Positions 54,675 to 64,000 of a DNA stretch of 64,000 nt are shown piece after piece. Positions within the stretch are counted from its first letter, which is position 1, and each line of letters opens with the position of its first letter. A program made the position numbers and the translations under genes. The notes under the pieces were generated by a model, which saw nothing but the letters and a program-made list of their open reading frames with translations, was not told where the DNA came from and ran no database searches. The DNA comes from Eledone cirrhosa (Eukaryota), in NCBI GenBank assembly GCA_964016885.1, contig OZ024740.1, positions 116,250,001 to 116,314,000 on the forward strand. Reading direction: 5' to 3'.

Positions 54675-55280
54675 CAGGTCACCAGTTGGTGCTACTGGTA
54701 ACATGTATCCCAGTACAACCTGTCTCATGGTCGGGTCGTTGGCGACTAAACTGGCAACCCCACCAATGTTTCTTGGTGAGGAGGGTGACTTTGGACATCC
54801 TGCAGGACTAAAAACAAAACCTGTCAAAGGGCAAAGGAGCTCTTAAGAGTCAATGGCCATCCAAAATCACCGGGAGAGATGACCCCTTAGCCTTTGTCAA
54901 GGCAGAATTCTAGGAGAAGGAAAACTCTGATATAACACCTGCAACCCTGGTGGTATCCAATGATGTTGACTTGTTCTTCTTTTTGGTAAATATCATATTG
55001 TTTAAGAGAGTGGGACTGGCTTTGTGCAGTGCCTTTGCTCACTATAAAAGCTTCACGGCACAGGCATTGCTTTATATCTGGAGATCTCTCTACACTTGTC
55101 GTCACATGGTACCATGGGGCCAGCACTATGTGTCAATAATTGTCACAAGTGTAGTGTTTGTACCAGAGTTTTCAAGTCGCTGGCTGGACTGAAAAGTCAC
55201 ACTCGTTCAGCGCATCGGAAGGGGTTCTCCTACATGGGTATAAAGTAGTGGCCGTACTCGAAAACGAGTTGGCAGCCACT
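54675..55280 (+). mobile_element. Non-autonomous RTE-derived element flanked by (TATG)n
   Basis: TCTAGGAGAAGGAAAACTCTGA motif typical of RTE 5' UTRs; no RT ORF; homologous to 30985-31415. Confidence 0.6.
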
Positions 55281-55353
55281 ATGTATGTATGTATGTATGT
55301 ATGTATGTATGTATGTATGTACGTATGTATGTATGTGTATGTATGTATGTATG

Positions 55354-55404
<51 letters not shown>

Positions 55405-56929
55405 GTATTTGTATATGTGTGTGTGTGTGTGCATGCGTGTGTGTGGACACGTTCATACATAATTTCTACTAATAAATGTCACATGAAAAGAATCGACTCC
55501 AATATAAGTCTGGTATTTATTTTTTATTGATTCTGAAAATAAAGTTGAAGTCGGATTAGAGGGAACTGGAACCTATGTACGTCGGTATTCGTCTTGATGC
55601 TCTAGCGAATCTGCCAATAGTCCGCACTCGCCGAACTCAGCTACAAAGTTTTATGGTAGCTTTACATTAAACATCGGGCGACCATGTGTCTGAAATCCTT
55701 ATTTTTGAATTTCATAAACACATTCTGACGGTTTTTTTTAAAACCAAGATTATAATGTTTCGAACCATTAATTTCATCTTTGAAGATGATTTTAATAATT
55801 ACATCTGTGCTGTTTCGATCGGTTGGGTTTACAGTCGTCATCAGGTTTTTCATTACTGGAAGAGTATATAGAACCAGATTAGATTCAAACTTGGAATGCT
55901 TGTTTTAAGGAAAAAAACTAATCGTGAGATCCGACCAAAGAAACTGTTTCTATTGACCATTCCACTGGGAACGTGATGACAGGCGGTGGAATTTGAACTC
56001 GAGACGCTCAAAGTCGGATCCAACTTTTTAACAATTCTACCAATCCACCACTTCTGAAATAGTATTTCATTTATCTACCCCGAAATGATGAAAAGCAAAG
56101 TTGACCTCGGCGGGATTTAAAGTCGAAAGTAAATACTGCAAAAGATTTTGCCCGATGATCTCATGATTCTGCCAAGTGTACTTTACAATAGCCTTCAGTA
56201 GACCCAAGCCTTTTGAGTGAGATTGGTTAAACGTGTGTGTGGAATGCTCAGTTACAAGTTAATTTAATGAGTAGGTTATTCTGTTGATTGCACAAATGAA
56301 ACATGTCACTGAAACTGACGGAGGTCCATTCCGTATAGCATCTAAGCTTTGTTCGAATTTCTTCAACTGTTCCTCTTTCTTTTTAAGAAAGCAGATATGT
56401 TATTCTCCTCGTTGCCCGTTTACAGATGTATTTTAAAAAGAAAGAGGCACTGCCCCTTGTAACATATCTCTCCCATGTCGTTCGCATTTCAAAGATCTGA
56501 CCTATATCGAGTATATATTTGATTGGCAATGATAAGACAGCAACTACTGTTCTTATTATGCCAAAAGTAGAAACAATTATTAAGGGTATCAGAAAATTCG
56601 TTATATATAGTTTTACATTTGTTAGAATGTAAATGTTTGTTGCGTTTGATTGTTTAAATGAATGCATTATATTTTTTCTGTTTTTTTTCGTATTTATATT
56701 TAAAAAAACAACTTATTTTCCAACATTTTTTTTTTTGGAGACGTAATGGATGCTGTCTCGTTTGTTTCAAGCGAAATACACATGAAAACAAGATAGGCTG
56801 GGAGCCTTACACTGAGTAACGGGGTGTGTTTAAACAATAAAAATAATGGCTTCTGATTTAGGCACAAGGCCAGCAATTTGAAGAGAAGAGGAAAGTCGAT
56901 TTAATGACACATTAATTAATAGATAATAA

Positions 56930-57260
56930 TAAATAATTAACAGTACAGAACAAATTAGGAAACCAGAAAGGATTATTAAAAAATGAAGGAAAATTGTTAC
57001 TCCAGATTACCCAACTATATACCATATGCAGTGCCTTCTCCCAGTTTTTGCCACCTAGCCTGCTGCCACATAATTAATATGGAACCATTTATCCACGACA
57101 TTTTTGGCCACCCTCACCCACCTTTCATAAAATTTACTGGAGGGCAACAGCTCTCTCTACCCCACCAGATATTGGAAAAGCCTAATGACAGTTTTGTCTT
57201 CAGAAGAAATCTGTCCTCAAACGTTTCAACTACAATTACCATATCTCTTTTTTCGCTTTA
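56930..57260 (-). mobile_element. Old Tx1-like 3' fragment
   Basis: CACCCACCTTTCATAAAATTTACTGG..ACAGCTCTCTCT resembles 28680-28725. Confidence 0.5.
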
Positions 57261-57269
57261 GAAATAATA

Positions 57270-57735
57270 ATTCTATCTAACACTTGCACAAGGCCAGCAA
57301 TTCGGAGAAAGGGGAAAATCAATTATATCGACCCCAGCATTTGACTGGTCTTTTATTTATTATCCTCGAAAGGATAATAGGTAAAGTTGACCTCGGTGAG
57401 ATTTTACCTTAGAACGTAAAAAAAACGTAACAAATTGTCGCAGGGTGTTTTGTTTGACGCTCTAATGATTCTCCTTTAGGCACGAGGCCAGCAATTTGAA
57501 AAAAGTCAATTAAATCAATCCCAGTACATTATGGGTGGTTTATTTATCGACCAATAATAATTGGTTCTACCTTTGGCACAAGGCCAGCAATTACTCCAGT
57601 GTGTTACTAGTACTTTATTTTATCGACCCGTAAGGATGAAAGGCAAAGTAACCTCGGCGGGATTTGAATTCAGAACGTAAAGGGCCATACCTCTATGTTG
57701 CAAAGCATGTTGTTCAACCCTCTACCGATACTGCA
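57270..57735 (-). mobile_element. SINE cluster
   Basis: Repeated GGCACAAGGCCAGCAA..TCGACCC SINE 3' parts. Confidence 0.7.
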
Positions 57736-58039
57736 AAAGGCATTGCATATACATTATGAAGATTTTTTTTCAAGACAATAGAAACAGTACCAAAGAAACA
57801 CTTCCCATGCCCAAGGTACAAAGAAGCTACTTCTGTAATGCAATGACAGCATGCAATGAAAATAAGGCTGACAATCATGATGATTATAATAATAAAGAAT
57901 CTAAAAACAAATAGCATTCAGCCAACCTGTTTCTCAGTTAGTTCTACTTAGTTACAGAAACAAAGTCTCGCTTTATAATACATTATATTTCAGGTTTTTG
58001 TTTTTTACATTTAAGGAAATGCTACACCACTGACCTAGC

Positions 58040-58075
<36 letters not shown>

Positions 58076-60323
58076 ATATATATATATAATGTGTGTATGT
58101 GTGTGTGTACATACATACATACATACATACATACATACATACATACATACATACATACATACATACATACATACATACATACATGCATGCATACATACGT
58201 GTGTGTGTGTGTGCGTGTGCCTGTATGCATATGTATAAGTATATATAGTATATATGTATATCTATGTATGTGTATGTATGTGCGGGTTTGTGCGTGTGTA
58301 TGTATATGTGCGCACGTACACAGTGTTTTATTTTCCAGCTCTGCCGCACCTTTAACGTTTTAACATCATTACAGCAGGGGGAGGTGGAATAGGAGGAGCT
58401 GGAGTAGGAGGAGAAACAATAGACAGAAATCATCTTGTGGAATGATAAGTGACAACAGTAGCAATTATCTCTAAGTGAAGCACAATGCCAGGAATTGTAG
58501 GAGAAGGGCTGAAGGAAGAGGGGCCTTCTGTAGTAATTTACAGCGGCCCTTTTTAATTCTTACTTATTTCAGCAGCTACCTCCAAAATGGCAGCGTTGAC
58601 CTTGGTAGGGGTCGGCGAAATTGGAAAATTTAATGGGCCGAAACTAAATGCTGTAAAACATTTGGGTCGACGCTCTACCGATTCTGGCAAGCAGTAAATG
58701 ATGAATGATTAAAGAAGCAGTGGATTGGCAGAATCTTTTGAGCATCGAGTACAATAACTCGCATTATTTAGTGACGTCTCTTTAAATTCTGAGTTCAAAC
58801 TCCATCGAGGTCAACTTTGACTTTTATCTTTCCAGGGTCAATAAAATAAAGTACTGGGGTTCTCCTCCCTCTAATTATTTACCTTGTACCAAAGAAAACA
58901 TCATAGAGACAACTAGAAATACGTAAATGGTGGAAACAACTTTGCAACTATGACAACAAAACAAAATAAAATGAAAATGGAAAGGAGCCAATCGTCAAAT
59001 CTGACAAAGGAAACAATGGAACAATATTTCCTTTTGTATTTCTATTGCTGATACTCCCTGCCGGTTGTAACTTCTGGCAGGAAGAGGGATTAGAACTCAG
59101 AATGCATAGAAATGGTTCAGACTAATTCATTAACAATTATGCCAGAACTCAGAATATAAGAATACGGAACTAAATACTGTGAGGTATTTTGTCCATCAAT
59201 TTAAAATGTTATTTAAATAAATAGAAAAATACATAACTAGATAAACAACGGGTGAATGGATAACTAGATAGATTTATAAACATATAGATATATTAAATAA
59301 GTAGATAACAATAGTAGTCATGTCCATAGAATGACAATAACAGCAAACAATGTATTGGCAATGAAAATTTCTCTCTCTCTAGCATGATAGAAGTAGCATA
59401 TATTTTTAGAGAGTTCTAGAAGAGTTTGACATAGGTACAACAGTGCCTATGATATAGTGAGAGGGAAATAGTAGACCAATTTAGATTATTCAAGCAATAA
59501 TAATCCCCCATTGCTTATGGCTGACCATAGGTTTGCATTTGGAAAGATCCCAAAGGCGTAACCCAGGCAAGGTATTTTGTTGAAGACCAACAGATATCCA
59601 TGCATGTAAATCTCTCATCTTCAGGTCACCGATGTTGTCCATGGAAAACACAGGTATGTAGCAGCAGGTGAACTCAGAACACGATATAGTGAAAAAGATA
59701 CTGCAAGGCTTAATGTCCGATGTTCTAACAATTCCACGAACCATCACCCTGTTGAAGTTTTAACTGTCAGCATTTGAGGGTCGATAAAATAAAGTACCAC
59801 TCAAAAAGTGAGGTCGATATAATTAACATTCCCCTGCATTGTTGGCCTTGCGCCTAGATTAGAAACCATAGATATTATTAATTCGAAGTCCAACTTGTAT
59901 TTCAGATAAACAATATCCACATGTCTAAAATATGTTATTGATATTCGGTAGTAGAGTGTGATATAAATGAGTGCCGACTACTATTTCTAGCATATACAGA
60001 TCCTCCTGTTCGTTGATTTATTAGTGGTATGTGTATGTCCTTGAGAGGATAAAAAGCAAGCCCTACCACTGACAGTGTTTGAAATTCGACTTAAATTGCA
60101 TTAAAGCAGGTGTTGTAGTTTTCCCAGTATATCACACAACGTCTTCATTGAAGAACCGAACTAAATTCCCCTTAAAATTACCGCCCGCAGGCTTAGAAAA
60201 GTAAGGATACATTAGATAACTTAGTCTTGAAAAAAGACGGGTTGGTAACAGCTGGAACACCTTTGTTCAACCAGAATGACTTTGGGCTAAACAACAACAT
60301 GCGCAACAACTTTTTCATTTAAA

Positions 60324-60399
<76 letters not shown>

Positions 60400-62304
60400 A
60401 CGCGCGCGCGAGTATTCTAAGGAAATCTTAAGGTATATATAACTACCGTTTTAATTTAAAAGCCTTCACTTTGAAAATAATGAATTATTTCTACGTACAG
60501 AGAAAAACATGACATATATAGCAAAGCTATATGTGTCAAACAGAGTATATATATATATTCTGTATGGCAGAATATGAAGACAGCTCGTTATTCTATTTCA
60601 TAATGGAATTCATAGTCCTTTCTCATATAGGCTCAAGGCCACCAATTTTGTTGATGAGGAAAGTCGGTTAAATCGACTCCAGTTGTGGACTAGTACTTTA
60701 TTTTATCAACTCCGGAATGTTGAAAGGCACAATTGACCGCGGCAAGATTTGAACACAAAGCGTAAAGAGCCGAAGGAAATACCACAAAGTACTTTATCTG
60801 ACGCCCTAACTATTCTGAGAGTCTACCACTTTTGGAATGGAATTCATTATACAAATATAAACTTAGGTATCAATCCAACAAATCAATCATTATTCTTCTT
60901 TTACTGGGTACGGGATTTTCCTGTATTTGTCCATAGGTTTCAAATCTGGGTGCCGAAATTCCAATTTCTGTCTTTTTTTTTTTATTCACCACCCCCAAAC
61001 ATGTGTGTTGTCGCACTGTTTCTTTTGCAATTTATTAATGACATTTTTTGCTGGGTTTGTTTGAATTAATCACCATTTTTTTTTCTTAATTTCTCCTTGC
61101 GTGGGCCTGAAGTCTTAAAGGAGAAACTAGAAACCCCCACGTTGCTACCTTTTACAAGATCATTCCATGACATCCATGAGCTCATAACACGCGAGGAAAT
61201 CGTAGGGGCACCGTAGTGACATACATGTATCAGGCATGTAAACGTAGCGGAAACCATCCCTCTCCAGTTCTGAATACAGCCGCACCGGACTGGTATTTTG
61301 GTTATTGACCTCGAAAGGATAAAAAGTAAAGTTGACTTCGACGAGATTTGAACTCAAAGCACAAGGAGTCAGAACAAACTCCACAAAGCATTCTAATCGT
61401 CATTTTAACGACTCCGCCGATATGTCGCCTTTTATACGATCGCTACGAAACATAAACGACTTCAGTGGGAGATAAAACGGCAGTTATATGTAATTGGTTC
61501 TTTAGCTTGTCTGAAGTTTAACTCAGTAGTAAAGACATTCGTCATCACATTCTTTACTGCACGGTGTAACTTATCTGAACTCTCCTGTTCAAACATTCCA
61601 CACATAGTGTTCGTAATATCAGTAAAACACACGTTGGATTTATCGTAGACTTCATATAGCTGTGTAATATCCGGTGATAGAAACCTGTGTCAACTAATGT
61701 AACATTGACCAGAACTAACACCTAAAACTGCGACTTGCTTTCGATTTTCCCGTCGAGGTTAGCTTCGCCTTTCATCCTTACGGGGACGATAAAATAACGC
61801 ACCAGTAATGCACTGAGGTCGATTTAGTCGACTTTCCCCTCCCCCAAAAATTGCTGGCCTATAGTAGAAATCCTTATTATTACTAGGACGGTAGATTGGC
61901 AGGATCGTTAGAGCGTCGGACAAAATGCTTTGCAGCATTTAGTTACGTCCCTTTGCGTTCTGAGATCAAATCCCACCGAGGTCTGCTTTGCTTTTATTCT
62001 TCCAAAGTACCAGTCAAGTAGTGGAGTCAATTTAATCACCTTTCCCCTCCTGATAAATTGCTAGCCTTATGACTAAATAAGAATCATTAATTTTATAACT
62101 TTTATCAGTCAAATTCTCCATCCTTCCGCTAATCCCAAATATGTCATGCTATCATTAATCAATTCACTGCCTGGGCGTATGTAGTTTTTACTGGAAAACA
62201 TTAATTCAAGGCTTGCTAACTAGATGTTGTTAAAAGAAATCCCAATATACAACTGAGCCACAAGTTTAAATAATTAAATGCTAAAGTATTCAAATGGGAA
62301 GTCA

Positions 62305-62504
62305 NNNNNNNNNNNNNNNNNNNNNNNNNNNNNNNNNNNNNNNNNNNNNNNNNNNNNNNNNNNNNNNNNNNNNNNNNNNNNNNNNNNNNNNNNNNNNNNN
62401 NNNNNNNNNNNNNNNNNNNNNNNNNNNNNNNNNNNNNNNNNNNNNNNNNNNNNNNNNNNNNNNNNNNNNNNNNNNNNNNNNNNNNNNNNNNNNNNNNNNN
62501 NNNN
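62305..62504. other. Assembly gap (200 N)
   Basis: Run of N. Confidence 1.
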
Positions 62505-62979
62505 AACTTATAAACATATCTAGACCTCTACAGACTAGCTAGAAACAACAGTCAACTCTTCTTAAAGTCACACATTATTGTCTTAAACGAATGAGGCATT
62601 ATAGAATGATGTAATAGATACATTATCACACGCATGAATGAATGGTTAAGAAGTCCACTTCACCACCATAAGGTCCCGGGTTCTTGGGCAAGTGTTTTTT
62701 TTTTGTTTTACCATAGTCCCGGGTTGGTTCAAGCTTTGTAAGAAAATCGAGAGCGAAATCGTCTGAAGCGAGTCAGACGGACTGTACCTGTAATTCAAAG
62801 GTCCCGTTTTGTCATACATTGTGCCATGTTGATTCCTCTCGGGAATTACTTTAAGAGTACACGTGTTTGTGGAATATTCAGCAATCAACGTTAATCCACA
62901 AGTTGGACGTTGAGTTGGTCGAACAATTGAATTATCATCATTATATATATGTATATAATATATATATATATAATGATAA

Positions 62980-63153
62980 TTGTTTCTACTTTTGGCACAA
63001 GGCCAGCAATTACCCAGTACATTACTGGTACTTTATTTTATCGACCCCGTAAGGAGAAAAGGCAAAGTTAACCTCGGCGGGATTTGAACTCAGACTGTAA
63101 AGGGACGTAACTATGCTAGAAAGCATGGCGTCCAACACTCTACCGATACTGCC
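62980..63153 (-). mobile_element. tRNA-derived SINE
   Basis: Closely matches 37777-37955. Confidence 0.8.
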
Positions 63154-63306
63154 AAATGATAATGATGACATGTTGAGAGATCCTATCCTCTTTGCTGAAG
63201 GTCGCAGACCATTGACAATTGCACCAATGCCCATCTATATGTTGCTGTATGTCCATGATTTTCATCGGGAAAAAAGTGACATTAGTGGGTCCCGAATCCT
63301 TTTCCG

Positions 63307-63892
<586 letters not shown>

Positions 63893-64000
63893 TTCGTTTC
63901 TGAATTTATTTAGCAAGATTCTTTATCTGAAAACGTGTGTTGAAACCGATATTGTTATACTTTGGGAGGGTCATGTTGCCAATAAGAAACACACGCACCA

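Noticed and set aside
59625-59653. Possible 29-nt exon (ttcag|GTCACC..CAG|gtatgt) in phase with the 40761 exon
   Set aside because: Splice-like signals alone are expected by chance; adjacent to a SINE fragment; no recognisable peptide

Overview
AT-rich, repeat-dense animal DNA, probably an octopus (inferred from the abundant tRNA-type SINE and extreme microsatellite load), mostly intronic or intergenic. Retroelements present: a near-full-length decayed R4/Dong-clade LINE (-), a near-full-length L1/Tx1-clade LINE (+), a stack of 5'-truncated R4/Dong 3' ends separated by (TAA)n, CRE, CR1/L2 and RTE-derived fragments, and many SINEs. There is one candidate host signal-peptide exon and a 200-N gap. 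Main hidden signal: the short non-coding islands between the (TA)n tracts carry about 19 near-complete type I hammerhead ribozyme (HHR) motifs in about 11 unrelated families, plus half-motifs. Most have a palindromic stem III. Many occur as head-to-head inverted pairs whose 3' ends face outward into (TA)n. One family is a ~420-bp unit present as >1 head-to-tail copy at two loci, which suggests Penelope-mobilised, retrozyme-like circular RNA elements that target TA microsatellites. All structures were folded by eye; no activity has been shown.
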